IMG/VR virus record: IMGVR_UViG_3300048996_000163
Coordinates: 1-64,000 of that record
Reading direction: 5' to 3' (one strand)
Source of the DNA: a virus
DNA length: 64,000 bases
Both the position numbers and the translations under genes were made by a program. Below are positions 17,368 through 27,264 of this stretch, piece after piece. The stretch's first letter is position 1; each line of letters opens with the position of its first letter. The notes under the pieces are model-generated. The model was not told where the DNA came from, ran no database searches, and worked only from the letters and a program-made list of their open reading frames with translations.

Positions 17368-18748
17368 TGCAGCAGTCCGTCACCTCAACGCCGTCCCCGA
17401 CGCGGGCGAACCCGGCGATGACAACGGCCCCCGCCTCGAACGCCACGCCCTCGGCACCGCCATGGAATCCCCCGGCGAATTCGCCGCCATGCGTATCGCG
17501 CTCACTGCCGAGTCGTTCGCCGACCCGCGGCACGCCCTCGTCTGGCGGGCCATCACCGCCGCCGCCGACGCAGGCGAACCCATCCACGCCACCGCCATCA
17601 CCGAGAAGATGATCCGAGCCGGGGTGCTCGGCCGGCTCCCGCACGGCGCGTACATGTTCGACCTCTACCAGCAGGCGCTTCCCGGCCAGGGCGGCTACCT
17701 CGCCCGGCGCCTCGCCGAACGGGCGACGTGGCGCGACCTCGACGCTGGAGCCGTCCGTCTCGCTGACGCGGTGAGACGACCCGGCGCAACTCTCGGCGAC
17801 GTCGTCAACCTCGCCGAGGCCGTCGTCACCGCGGCCACAACCACTGCGGCCAGCACCGACGAGGGCGTACACATCGCACAACTCGCCGCGAACTACCTCG
17901 ACGGCTACCTCGACTATGGGCTCAACCACGGCATCGCCACCCCGTGGCCCGACCTGAACCACACCCTGACCAAGGGCGGGTTCGAGCGGGGGCAGGTCGT
18001 CACATTCGGCGGCGGTCCCAGCATGGGCAAGTCGATGGCCCTCACCGACTGCGTCAGGCATCTCGCCGCCGAGCTCCAGGTCCCCACCGTCATGTTCACG
18101 CTGGAGATGAAGGGCGAGGACGTGATGATGCGCCTCGTCGCCGGCCTCATCGGCATCCCCGAGGTGCGGATCAAAAACCGCAACCTGACCACGGAGGAGA
18201 TCGCCCGCTTCGACGACGCTCGGCAGCACCTCGCCGACTCACCGCTGTGGATCTTCGAGGGAGTCCGGCCGCTCAGCGAGATGCTGGCCATGGTCAAACA
18301 GCACAAACTCCGATACGGACCGGTCCACGTCCTCGCGCTCGACTACTGCCAGCTCGTCCCCGCCGAAACTCGAGGCAAGAGCAAGGAGAACCGGCAGCTG
18401 GAGATCGCCGCAACCATGCTCGGCCTCAAGCGGTTCGCGCTCAACGAGAACGTCCTCGTCCTCAACGCCGCCCAGATCAACCGCGGACCCGCCCAGCGCA
18501 CCGATAAGCGCCCCATGCTGTCCGACCTGCGCGAGTCCGGCGAGATCGAGAACAGCTCCGACATCGTCATCCTGCTGCACCGCGAGGACTACTACGACAA
18601 GGAGTCGCCGCGGGCCGGTGAGGCCGACTTCATCATCGCCAAGCAGCGCGGCGGCCCCACGGACACAGTCACCCTCGCCTGCCAGTTCCACCTGACCCGG
18701 TTCGTGTCGATGGCCGAGGACTGGTCACCTGCGGGGGCTGCCCGATGA
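17360..18748 (+). CDS. dnaB: Replicative DNA helicase (DnaB family)
   Basis: GGGPSMGKS, FTLEM, LDYCQL, AQINR, RPMLSDLRESGEIE..SD, IIAKQRGGPT. Confidence 0.95.
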   Translation: MPDAAVRHLNAVPDAGEPGDDNGPRLERHALGTAMESPGEFAAMRIALTAESFADPRHALVWRAITAAADAGEPIHATAITEKMIRAGVLGRLPHGAYMFDLYQQALPGQGGYLARRLAERATWRDLDAGAVRLADAVRRPGATLGDVVNLAEAVVTAATTTAASTDEGVHIAQLAANYLDGYLDYGLNHGIATPWPDLNHTLTKGGFERGQVVTFGGGPSMGKSMALTDCVRHLAAELQVPTVMFTLEMKGEDVMMRLVAGLIGIPEVRIKNRNLTTEEIARFDDARQHLADSPLWIFEGVRPLSEMLAMVKQHKLRYGPVHVLALDYCQLVPAETRGKSKENRQLEIAATMLGLKRFALNENVLVLNAAQINRGPAQRTDKRPMLSDLRESGEIENSSDIVILLHREDYYDKESPRAGEADFIIAKQRGGPTDTVTLACQFHLTRFVSMAEDWSPAGAAR

Positions 18749-19017
18749 GGCCCTTCCCCCGCAACGCCGAACCCGACGAGATCAACCGATGGTGGGCCGA
18801 GAACAGCTCAGAGCTGTCCGCCCGTTCCATCGCCGCCGGTGCTGACGCGCGCCCGATCACCACCTGGGCGCAGGTCGCCGAGTTCGTCGACGAATCCACC
18901 TGGGAGCGCATCCTCGGCGACCTCGCGCCGGCATCCCTCGCCGAGGCGCTCGCCGCCCGACCCGTCCGAAGCCACCGCCACCTGAGCCTCGTCCCCGACC
19001 CCGAGGAGTCCCCGTGA
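18745..19017 (+). CDS. Hypothetical protein
   Basis: Coupled ORF. Confidence 0.55.
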   Translation: MRPFPRNAEPDEINRWWAENSSELSARSIAAGADARPITTWAQVAEFVDESTWERILGDLAPASLAEALAARPVRSHRHLSLVPDPEESP

Positions 19018-19373
19018 GCCTGCCCCTGATCACCGGCGCCGCCCGGATCGTCACCGACCCGAAGCGCGGCGTGACCAAGACCAACGAACCGTGGGCGTCC
19101 GCCGTCGTCCGCTTCACCGGCTTCCGCAAGGTCGAAGGGAAGTGGGAGGAGGACACGTCGTTCGGCGCCAGCGTCATCGCGTTCGGCGACACTGCGCGAG
19201 CCCTGTTCGCGTTCGCGAAGGGCGACGAGGTCGAGATCCACGGCAAGGTCAAGGACGTCACCGTCTGGCAGCCACCGACCGGAGACCCCCGCCCGCAGCT
19301 GCAGCTCGTCGCCGAGACCGTTGAAGCCGTCCAGCGCGGACGCAGCCGGCAGCCGTTGCAGGCCGCAGCGTGA
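19014..19373 (+). CDS. Second SSB-like OB-fold protein
   Basis: MSLP.ITG..RIV.DP....T....W......R....W......V.AFG..A......KGD.V.I.G. Confidence 0.7.
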   Translation: MSLPLITGAARIVTDPKRGVTKTNEPWASAVVRFTGFRKVEGKWEEDTSFGASVIAFGDTARALFAFAKGDEVEIHGKVKDVTVWQPPTGDPRPQLQLVAETVEAVQRGRSRQPLQAAA

Positions 19374-19563
19374 GCCCACCCGAACTGCTCGGCGACCTCG
19401 CCGCCGCCTTCCTCGCCCGAACCTGGCACCGACCCGAAGGAGCGCACATGCCCGACCACCCCGACGACTACCGCGTCGACGAATACGACCTCCGCTCAAC
19501 CCGCGTCGTCGTCGAACTCGACCGGCCCGAAGACGACCCCGCACCCGCCGAGGAGGCGACCAC

Positions 19564-19815
19564 GTGACCCCCGAACACGACCCGCAGGTCCTCGTCGCCC
19601 GCATGCACCTGCGCCCGCACCTCACCGCCATCCTCGACAGCGTCGACATGCCCGAACCGGTCCGCACCGCGGTCGTTGACACGCTGCTCGCCGTCGGTGA
19701 GGTCGACCGCGAGGCCCGCCCGGAGATCGTCGACGGCGGTCCGTTGCTCGTCCACTACGCGACCTTGACGGTCCGTCACCCGTACGCGGCCCGCGCCACA
19801 GCGGAGGTGGCCTGA
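19564..19815 (+). CDS. Hypothetical protein
   Basis: GAGGAGG RBS, coupled. Confidence 0.55.
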   Translation: MTPEHDPQVLVARMHLRPHLTAILDSVDMPEPVRTAVVDTLLAVGEVDREARPEIVDGGPLLVHYATLTVRHPYAARATAEVA

Positions 19816-20366
19816 TGACCGAGCATTTCGAGGTCGCGAAGTGGGGCCACACCGTGGAGGTGGCCACGTCGCCGTGCGGCACCTGTGGCCAGCCGGTCCT
19901 GCACAACCTCGGCTGGAAGGTCGTCACCCACCCCCCCGACGCCGTCGACCCGTGCGACGCGCCGTGGCCCGACGAGCCCCGACCGGCGTACGTCACCGCG
20001 GTCATCGAGCAGCAGCAGGCGGATACGGAGGCGCTCCGGCGGGGTGCCGGCCTGCTGGACGTGACCGCGTCAGCGCCCGCACTCGGCCTGGAGCCGCACC
20101 ACCGTCGTGGCAAGCAACGCACCGACGGGGAGCGGGCGACGTTGACGGCGAGGGCGCTGGCGTGCGCCACGCAGGACGACGTCCGTCGTGCTGCGGGCAG
20201 GGTCCGGGCCGACATGCTCGCGCCGAAGATGGCGACGGGCGGCGTGGTCATCGGCGCTCCGTTCGACGGCCCCGGCTACGACAACCGTGGCGTGAGTGAC
20301 GGCGCCTGCTGTCAGGCCGCGTACGACTCGGACGGGTTCGCCCACGACCACGAGGTGGTCCGATGA
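19815..20366 (+). CDS. Hypothetical protein
   Basis: GGAGG RBS, coupled. Confidence 0.55.
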   Translation: MTEHFEVAKWGHTVEVATSPCGTCGQPVLHNLGWKVVTHPPDAVDPCDAPWPDEPRPAYVTAVIEQQQADTEALRRGAGLLDVTASAPALGLEPHHRRGKQRTDGERATLTARALACATQDDVRRAAGRVRADMLAPKMATGGVVIGAPFDGPGYDNRGVSDGACCQAAYDSDGFAHDHEVVR

Positions 20367-20566
20367 CCGAGCCCGAGCAGGTGGCGCTCCAGGTCGGCAC
20401 GATCCTGGCGCAGGTCGAAGCGCGCAGGGCTGAGGCCGAGCGACTGCTGGCGGAGAACCCGCCGGTGGTCGAGTCGGTGACAGAGCGGCTGCGCCGAGTC
20501 GATGCGAAGCAGCGCCGGGACCGGGCTGAGCGGGTCGGTCGGCTCGACGTGGGCGGTGCTGCGTGA
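20363..20566 (+). CDS. Small hypothetical protein
   Basis: ATGA/GTGA coupling. Confidence 0.5.
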   Translation: MTEPEQVALQVGTILAQVEARRAEAERLLAENPPVVESVTERLRRVDAKQRRDRAERVGRLDVGGAA

Positions 20567-20752
20567 GCGCCGTCGTGGTGGACGCCGACGACCTCGCCAC
20601 CGTCCTCAACCAGCGTGTCGGCCACAGCCACCTGCGCCCGGGCGTCTGGGACGACAGCAACCCGCCCTCGCTGGCCGGGAAGCCGTGCGTCGAGTGCGCG
20701 GCCCGTGAGCGGCTGACGGCCGCCGTTTTCGGCGGGCAGTGAGGGGCTCGCC

Positions 20753-21397
20753 GTGACGGAACCCATCGACTCACCTGTAGCCAGCCAACCTATCGGGTGG
20801 GCCTGCTCGAAGTGTGACAAGATCCACAACCCGCGCAAGTGTAAAGGGCACAAACGGGACGGCGACGGCTGGAAACAGTGCGGCGCCTGGCCCATCACCA
20901 ACCTGCCCGTCTGCGGCGCACACGGCGGCCACGCCCCCCGCTCCAAGGCCGCTGCCGAGAGTCGCGCCACGGAGGAGAAGGTCCGCAAGACGCTCGGCCG
21001 GCTCACGTCGACCCCGGTGACGAACCCCCTGGAGGACCTCCTCGCGCTCGGCGGCAAGGCCAAGGCGTGGATGGACCTCCTGGAGGGTCACGTCGGCGAG
21101 CTGGAGCGGCTGCGGTACTCGACGGAGGGCGGCGAGCACATCCGTGGCGAGGTCGTGCTGTTCGAGCGGGCGATCGAGGCGTGCCGGAAGGTCCTCGTGG
21201 ACGTGGCTCGGCTGGACATCGACTCGCGGCTGATGCGGGTGACGGAGGGGCAGATCGGGATGGCGATGACGCTCGTGGACGCGATCCTGCGCCGGCGCGG
21301 GCTGGATCCGGATTCGGCGGAGGTACGGGCGGACAAGGCGGCGGAGATCACGGCGCTGGTCGGGTCGGCTCGGGTGATCGAGGGGGTTGCGGCGTGA
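20753..21397 (+). CDS. HGGxSTG-like zinc-finger protein, candidate terminase small subunit
   Basis: KC.GH......QC......PVCGAHGG.AP; helical C-terminus. Confidence 0.65.
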   Translation: MTEPIDSPVASQPIGWACSKCDKIHNPRKCKGHKRDGDGWKQCGAWPITNLPVCGAHGGHAPRSKAAAESRATEEKVRKTLGRLTSTPVTNPLEDLLALGGKAKAWMDLLEGHVGELERLRYSTEGGEHIRGEVVLFERAIEACRKVLVDVARLDIDSRLMRVTEGQIGMAMTLVDAILRRRGLDPDSAEVRADKAAEITALVGSARVIEGVAA

Positions 21398-21640
21398 GCG
21401 CCCCTGAGGGCCGCGAGAGGCCGTTGGTGCCCGAGACCATCGGCGGGTGGCTTTCCGGCGCGTGTGTGGACGCTGGGGCCGTCAGCGGTGGCATCCCGCC
21501 GAACCGACACCGACGACACCGGCCCCCGCGACCCAGATAGCGATTCCCGGCCCGCACGCCGGGCCAGGAGACGAGAAACCCCCACGGCGAACCATCGCCG
21601 AACCACCCCCGCGTTCGAACCCGCCTGAAGGAGACCCCCG

Positions 21641-21910
21641 ATGACGACCGCAACCCCCGCAAACTTCACTGCCGCTGCCGGCACTCGCGCGTTCGAAGAC
21701 CTTCCCCACTCATGCAGCTGCGGCATCCGCTGGTCCGGCTCGAACACGACGCACTGCGGTACCTGCCACAACTTCTGCGGCACCGGTGTCGAAGCCTTCG
21801 ACCGGCACCGCCGCAGCGGTCGGTGCAACCCGCCCGCTGGCGTCGGCCTCGTACTCATCCCCGGTCGCGCCTACGAAGTGTGGGGCACGCGGGCGGTCGG
21901 CGATGAGTGA
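21641..21910 (+). CDS. Phage FDXHR-type zinc-binding protein
   Basis: CSCG..W......HCGTCH.......AFDRHR..GRC..P; AAGGAG RBS. Confidence 0.75.
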   Translation: MTTATPANFTAAAGTRAFEDLPHSCSCGIRWSGSNTTHCGTCHNFCGTGVEAFDRHRRSGRCNPPAGVGLVLIPGRAYEVWGTRAVGDE

Positions 21911-22160
21911 CGTCCCCATCGTCTGGGTTCGCGGCGAACGCCACCTACCTCCAGGCGACTACTGCCGTCACGGGTGCGGCCACGCCCCGACGATGGTCGT
22001 CGCCCGCAGCGACGACCCCGAGCGCCGCGAGCTGCTCGAATGCCTCGCCGACATCAACAAGGGCGGCTGTGGCGGCGGATGCCGTGCGTGGTCCGACGGG
22101 CGTGGCCGGATCACAACCGCGTGGCTCGATCACGCCACCAGCCCGAGGAGTAGCCGATGA
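21903..22160 (+). CDS. Hypothetical protein
   Basis: Coupled, Cys-containing. Confidence 0.5.
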   Translation: MSDVPIVWVRGERHLPPGDYCRHGCGHAPTMVVARSDDPERRELLECLADINKGGCGGGCRAWSDGRGRITTAWLDHATSPRSSR

Positions 22161-22354
22161 CCGACGAGGACCGCGCCCGCAGCGCCCAGGAGGTTGCCGC
22201 CATGCCCGGCGACTCCGGCTGGTGGCACACCGACGGCGACGAGGCGTTCCGTGGGCTGGCCGTCGAGATGGTCGGACTCGACGTCCCCGTCGACCGTGCG
22301 CTGCGCATCCTGGCGACCGCGTTCGGCGTGGTCGCGAACGAGTACGGAGGCTGA
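22157..22354 (+). CDS. Small hypothetical protein
   Basis: GAGGAG RBS, coupled. Confidence 0.55.
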   Translation: MTDEDRARSAQEVAAMPGDSGWWHTDGDEAFRGLAVEMVGLDVPVDRALRILATAFGVVANEYGG

Positions 22355-22565
22355 CCATGACCGCCGCCAGTGCGCGCCGGCGGCTCCTCGCTCTACGCCG
22401 CGAGGACGTCCGCATCCAGCACCTCACGAGGTGGCGCGCGGACCGCCCGCCGATCTCGGACGCCCTCATGCGCCTGTCGCTCCGGGTGCCGTGGCGCCGC
22501 CAGTGGTACCCGACCGTCCATCCCAGCGAGCAGTGCGCACGCTGCCGACCCACTGGAGCCGCCAC

Positions 22566-23735
22566 GTGACCACGCCCGACCAGCCCGACGACCTGGACCG
22601 CCTGATTGCCGACAACATGCGCGACCCCAACTTCGCGCGAGCGTTCCTTGCCGGGGAGTGGCGCGAGCGCCGGGCCGCCTACGAGCGTGGTGTCGCCGAG
22701 GGCGAGGCCGAACGTGTTCGGTTGAAGCTCCTTCTGGACACCGCCACATATGCGCTGGAGCAGGCCGAGCAGTTCGCCCGCGGCCTCCAGGATGGCACCC
22801 TGCCTGGCTACGTCGAGCAGTTGGACGCCGCGCGCGCCGAGGGCCGACGCCAGGCCACCGAGGGCTGGCTTGTCGACCTCGTGCGCGCGGCAGCCCAACT
22901 CGCCGAAGAGACTGCCTGCAACGGCGACCACGACGGGAACGACGGCTGCGACGCGTGTACGTGGGACCGGCTGTATCAGGCCGTTCCGCAGCCGGTGAAG
23001 GCCGCCGTCGAGCGAGCGAGCCGCCCCGTCGGCCCGTGGGAACCCGCGTGCACCTGTCCGCCTCCGACCGCTGGAGTGGTCGACGTCAACCGTGGGCACC
23101 TGCTCCGCTGCCCACGCCTGCGACGGCTCGCCGCCGGCGAGCAGGCCCAGGCCGGCGCTGTTGAAGCCAGCGACGAGGCGCACTGCCACCGCTGCCACGG
23201 CCCGAACACGCCGTGGTCTGCGCCGTCACCGCTGTGGAACGAGGTCATGCGCGGCGGCTCGATCAACGGCGATGAGATTTTCGACGGGATCGTCTGCCCG
23301 ACGTGCTTCGCGATCATGGCTGAGGAGAGGGGCATCGCGCAGTTCTGGCGGCTGACAGCGCAACGGGTCCACGTCGAGCTGGAGACCGTCACCCCGTCAG
23401 GCCGGACGTGGGACGAGCAGGCGTTCCGATGGCGGGACGCTGAGCAACCCGAGAACCCGAACTCCGCGGCCTGGCGGCTGCGCGAGCTCGGCTACCCACA
23501 CGGCAAAGCCTGCACCTGCGACGACTGCCCCGCCCGCGACGAGGCCGAGGCCGCGCAGACCCAGGGCGTTCCGCAGCGCCTCCATTGCGCGCACTGGCTG
23601 GAGGGTGACGGTTCGTGCTGCCGATGCGGCGAGCCGAACTGGTGCCCGGCCGAGGCCGCGACCGCAGCGGCCGAAGCACGGTTCGAGCAGCGGAAGCGCT
23701 GCGCCAGCGCCGAGCAGGACGGAGACGGTCGGTGA
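22566..23735 (+). CDS. Mosaic hypothetical protein with several small Cys/His modules
   Basis: GTG 22566 with GGAG RBS; CDAC, CTC, CHRC..CPTC, CTCDDC, CCRC clusters. Confidence 0.6.
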   Translation: MTTPDQPDDLDRLIADNMRDPNFARAFLAGEWRERRAAYERGVAEGEAERVRLKLLLDTATYALEQAEQFARGLQDGTLPGYVEQLDAARAEGRRQATEGWLVDLVRAAAQLAEETACNGDHDGNDGCDACTWDRLYQAVPQPVKAAVERASRPVGPWEPACTCPPPTAGVVDVNRGHLLRCPRLRRLAAGEQAQAGAVEASDEAHCHRCHGPNTPWSAPSPLWNEVMRGGSINGDEIFDGIVCPTCFAIMAEERGIAQFWRLTAQRVHVELETVTPSGRTWDEQAFRWRDAEQPENPNSAAWRLRELGYPHGKACTCDDCPARDEAEAAQTQGVPQRLHCAHWLEGDGSCCRCGEPNWCPAEAATAAAEARFEQRKRCASAEQDGDGR

Positions 23736-24145
23736 TCCTCGTTGTCTGCCTCGACTGCCAGGAGCGGCGAGAACACGAAGCGCGCGGCATCTGCCCTCGC
23801 TGCTATCAGTGCCGGATCACCGCTGGCACCATCGACGAACGGCCACCCCTCGGCACCCGTGAAGGTGGCGGGCTCGCGAGCAGTCCCCTTCAGTTCGGCA
23901 TCACGTACCGGCAGCTCGACTACTGGGTGCGGCAGGGCTACCTCGTGCCCAACCACGCCAGCCCCGGATCCGGCTCCTGGCGGTCCTGGCCCGAACCCGA
24001 GATGGAGGTCGCTCGCATGATGGGCGTGCTCGTGACGGCTGGTCTGCGCCCGGAAGCGGCGGCACGCGTCGCCCGAGGTGGCGCCCTGGCGCCCGGTGTC
24101 CAGCTCGTCATTGACCCAGCCGTGCAGGACGGGGACGGCCGGTGA
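23732..24145 (+). CDS. MerR-type HTH protein with N-terminal zinc finger
   Basis: GITYRQLDYWVRQGYL.P....GSGS.R; CLDC..HEARGICPRCY. Confidence 0.8.
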   Translation: MILVVCLDCQERREHEARGICPRCYQCRITAGTIDERPPLGTREGGGLASSPLQFGITYRQLDYWVRQGYLVPNHASPGSGSWRSWPEPEMEVARMMGVLVTAGLRPEAAARVARGGALAPGVQLVIDPAVQDGDGR

Positions 24146-24384
24146 GCGCCGCCCTGGTCTGGTCGGTCATCCTCGCCACCGTCGGGATCTTCGGCCTGTA
24201 CATCGCCGGTCGGAAGCTCTGGTGGGGCTGGCTCGTCGGCCTCGGCGCGCAGGTGCTGTGGATCGGCTACGCGGTCGCCACCCGCCAGTGGGGCTTCATC
24301 GCGTCGGCCCTCGCCTACGGCTGGGTGTACGGACGCAATGCGCTCGCGTGGCGGCGAACCTCGATGGAAGGGAACGGCCGGTGA
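24142..24384 (+). CDS. Small membrane protein (PnuC/PQ-loop-like)
   Basis: Three hydrophobic segments, WWGWLVG...Q.LWI.YA....QWGF. Confidence 0.7.
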   Translation: MSAALVWSVILATVGIFGLYIAGRKLWWGWLVGLGAQVLWIGYAVATRQWGFIASALAYGWVYGRNALAWRRTSMEGNGR

Positions 24385-24872
24385 GCTTCCACCACCGCAC
24401 GATGGTGCGCGTCGGCAACCACACCGAGGTCGCCCGCCCGCTCCGCGACAGCTCCTGGTGGCACCGCTGGCGCCAGGAACGTGCCTGCCGGAAGGCCACC
24501 GGTCACTGCTGGCACGCGGACGAGATGGGCATGATCGGCTGGTTCTGTTGCTGCTGCGGCGGCGAGACCGACGGCATGCCACCGCAGCGGTGCATCCACT
24601 GCACGGCGACGCCGGCTGGGCCGCAGGAATGCCAGGGCGCGGACTTCTCGAAGCTGCTCGCCGCTCTGGACGAGGGGCTGGTTGCGCACGCTGATCGGGA
24701 CGGACTGACCGGTGTCATGCGTGCCGTCTTCATGTCCCGCGGTGGACACGCGCCCGGCACGGTCTGCCCGTCCGAAGGGCCACCCGACCCGGTCCACGCG
24801 TCGTGGTGCGACTGGCTGCTCGGTGAGGACTGCGACTGCGGCGCCGAGCAGGACGGGGCCAGCCGTGACTGA
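24381..24872 (+). CDS. Cys/His-rich hypothetical protein
   Basis: Coupled ORF. Confidence 0.5.
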   Translation: MSFHHRTMVRVGNHTEVARPLRDSSWWHRWRQERACRKATGHCWHADEMGMIGWFCCCCGGETDGMPPQRCIHCTATPAGPQECQGADFSKLLAALDEGLVAHADRDGLTGVMRAVFMSRGGHAPGTVCPSEGPPDPVHASWCDWLLGEDCDCGAEQDGASRD

Positions 24873-25044
24873 ACCCGAGCACGTCCTGCTCACCGACCTG
24901 CGCCGGCTCGCCGCCCTGCCCGACGACAGTCTCATCGCCGAGATCCGCCGCGCCGCGAGCATCGTCGACCCGGTGCCGCCCACCCTGCTCGACACGATCC
25001 GCGCGGCCATCGGCTGCGACGACCGCCCCGGAGATGCCGCATGA
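24865..25044 (+). CDS. Small hypothetical protein
   Basis: Coupled ORF, GC3-rich. Confidence 0.5.
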   Translation: MTEPEHVLLTDLRRLAALPDDSLIAEIRRAASIVDPVPPTLLDTIRAAIGCDDRPGDAA

Positions 25045-25460
25045 CCGACCTTGCCGCCCGCCTCACCGAAGCCCTCGACCGCGCCGAACAGGCACTCGCC
25101 GGCTGCGGCACCGACTGGGCCACCGACAGTGGTGGTGACTGGCTGACGTTCGGCAACGCTCCCGGCGCGGTGCCGGTCAGTGGCTACGTCTACGACGAAA
25201 GCCTCGACGGTGCCGCGATCGCCGCGCACATGGTGGCGTGGCAGCCAGCTGTGGTGCTGCGGCTGATCACCCGCGACCGTGCCCTGCTCGCCGCGAACGC
25301 CAGCACCGACCGCAACGTCGCCGACCACGTCGCCCGGTGCGGCCCGGACCTGTGCGGCTGCCGCGACTACCTGGCTACGACGACGACCCTGCAGATGCTG
25401 ACCACGGCTGTTCAGGCCGCCGCGAAGTTCTGGCTGCCCGAGGAGCCCGCCGATGTCTGA
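25041..25460 (+). CDS. Hypothetical phage protein (DUF6221-like)
   Basis: MTDL.A.L..ALD..E; H...W.PA.VLR....DRALL. Confidence 0.55.
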   Translation: MTDLAARLTEALDRAEQALAGCGTDWATDSGGDWLTFGNAPGAVPVSGYVYDESLDGAAIAAHMVAWQPAVVLRLITRDRALLAANASTDRNVADHVARCGPDLCGCRDYLATTTTLQMLTTAVQAAAKFWLPEEPADV

Positions 25461-25746
25461 CCTGATCGGAATGCACTTCGGCGGGCCGCTCCTCGTTCAC
25501 GACCCGGAACGCTGCGCCGGCCAGGTGTGCTGCATCCACGCGCCGAGCGACCACCCGATGCGGGACTGGCCGCAGCTGTGGCGCGGTGACCGGCAGCTCA
25601 TGGAGCGCGTCTGTCCGCATGGCACCGGCCACCCGGACCCGGACGACATCGACTACAAGCGGCGGACGCGCGGCGACGAGTACGCCCGTTACGAGAGCAT
25701 CCACGGCTGCGACGGGTGCTGCTCGGGAAGGAGCCTCGATGGCTGA
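25453..25746 (+). CDS. Cys/His-rich phage protein
   Basis: CCIHAPSDHPM..W..MERVCPHG.GHPDPD..HGCDGCC. Confidence 0.7.
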   Translation: MSDLIGMHFGGPLLVHDPERCAGQVCCIHAPSDHPMRDWPQLWRGDRQLMERVCPHGTGHPDPDDIDYKRRTRGDEYARYESIHGCDGCCSGRSLDG

Positions 25747-26062
25747 CGACGCCCTGCTCAAAGCCATCCAAGTCGGGCTCTCCAGCACCGGCCCCGGCTC
25801 CGACGTGGACGAAGACGCCGCCGCCGTCGCCGCGGTGCTCGTCGACCACGGCATGGTCCTGCCCGTCGGGGTGACTATCGACGCCGTGTACGAGGTGTTC
25901 AGGGATGGCGACCGGGACGGTTACGAGTTCACGGACCGTCGCGAGGCTCAGCGGCAGGCGCGGTACGGCGGGCAGGACGGCACACCCGGCGAGGTCAGGG
26001 CGGCGTGGCGGATCCAGGCCGACGGCGTCGACGTGATCACGACCTGGAGGTCCGATGGCTGA
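25739..26062 (+). CDS. Hypothetical protein
   Basis: AAGGAG RBS, coupled. Confidence 0.55.
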   Translation: MADDALLKAIQVGLSSTGPGSDVDEDAAAVAAVLVDHGMVLPVGVTIDAVYEVFRDGDRDGYEFTDRREAQRQARYGGQDGTPGEVRAAWRIQADGVDVITTWRSDG

Positions 26063-26270
26063 CGACGTCCTCTCGCTCCGCCTCAACCCGGACCGGCGCG
26101 CCGTCATCGACATGATCGCCGCCCGGCATGGGATCACCGTCTCCGACCTGCTCCGTGCCGCCGCCGACCACGTCGCGCGGATGCCCGTCGACGACGTGAC
26201 GAAGCTGCTCGCCTGCACCGCGTGCGGAGGCACCGGGCAGCGGTTCAAGACGAAGGAGAGCAATGGCTGA
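26055..26270 (+). CDS. RHH/CopG-like protein with C-terminal CxxCxGxG
   Basis: LSLRLNPD....ID..AARHGITVSDLLR. Confidence 0.6.
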   Translation: MADDVLSLRLNPDRRAVIDMIAARHGITVSDLLRAAADHVARMPVDDVTKLLACTACGGTGQRFKTKESNG

Positions 26271-26475
26271 GATCATCACCGATCCGTGGTTTCTGCACCC
26301 GTGCGCGTCAGGGCAGTGCCGCCGGCCGATCTCCCTGTCGTCGGTGTACTGCTGCGCAGCGTGCAGGCGGGCGTGGACAGCCACGGCCCGGTACGACGTC
26401 GACGGCTACCACAGCGTCACCTGCGAGGAGCATCACGCGGTCCGTGTCGCGGCGGGGCTGCCCGCCCGTGGCTGA
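26263..26475 (+). CDS. Small Cys-rich protein
   Basis: AAGGAG RBS, coupled. Confidence 0.5.
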   Translation: MAEIITDPWFLHPCASGQCRRPISLSSVYCCAACRRAWTATARYDVDGYHSVTCEEHHAVRVAAGLPARG

Positions 26476-26664
26476 AGACCTCGGGACCCTGCTCGTCGAG
26501 CTGTACCGCGACGCGGAACGGCTCATCGACATGCTCAACCGGCATGGGCGCCTGTGGCAGCCCGAACCTGGACGTGCCCACCCCGACGTGGAGCGGCTGC
26601 CGCTGCTCGCCGCGCGCCTCGTTGCGGCGGCCATCCACCAACCCGACCCCCGAAAGGAACAACC

Positions 26665-27264
26665 GTGATCGACCAGCAGGAACCGCCGGCGTTCCACAAG
26701 CGTGTCCCGCGACCGCCCCGGCGCCGCGCCAACATCGTTGTCGGCGCTGAGCAACTCGCCGCCCTGCTCAACCTGCCGCCCGACGTCACCGTCGCCGCGC
26801 TCGCCCTCGACCCGCTCCGGGACGCCGTGGTGTTCTCGCTCGCCGGCAACCGGTTCGACGAGGTACCCGCCGGCCACGACTCGAAGCGGTTGGTCGCGTA
26901 CATCAACACCAGCGTCAGTGCGGACGGGACCGAGACTCGGCGAGTCACGTGGGAGGGGCTTGAAGGCGCCGAACTCGTCACGCGGCGGGGCGGCGACACC
27001 TACCAGTTCCGGCATGCAACCGTGCGCGCCCGGCAGTGGCTCGGCGACAACGAGGCCGAGATCCAGGAGTTGACCGGCAGCGACTTCTTCAAGCTCGACC
27101 AGCCCGTCGACGACGATCCCGACGCGACCGGGTCGCTGCTTGCCGGCCCGCATAACGTGTGGGAGCTCGTCCTCGACGGCGACTGGATCGTCCGGCGGGG
27201 CGACGGTTGGGAGCGGATGACCGACGAGGAGTTCGTCGCCGAGTACGAGCCGGTGACGGCATGA
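26665..27264 (+). CDS. Hypothetical phage protein
   Basis: AAAGGA RBS; C-terminal GDWIVR..DG......EF...YE motif. Confidence 0.6.
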   Translation: MIDQQEPPAFHKRVPRPPRRRANIVVGAEQLAALLNLPPDVTVAALALDPLRDAVVFSLAGNRFDEVPAGHDSKRLVAYINTSVSADGTETRRVTWEGLEGAELVTRRGGDTYQFRHATVRARQWLGDNEAEIQELTGSDFFKLDQPVDDDPDATGSLLAGPHNVWELVLDGDWIVRRGDGWERMTDEEFVAEYEPVTA

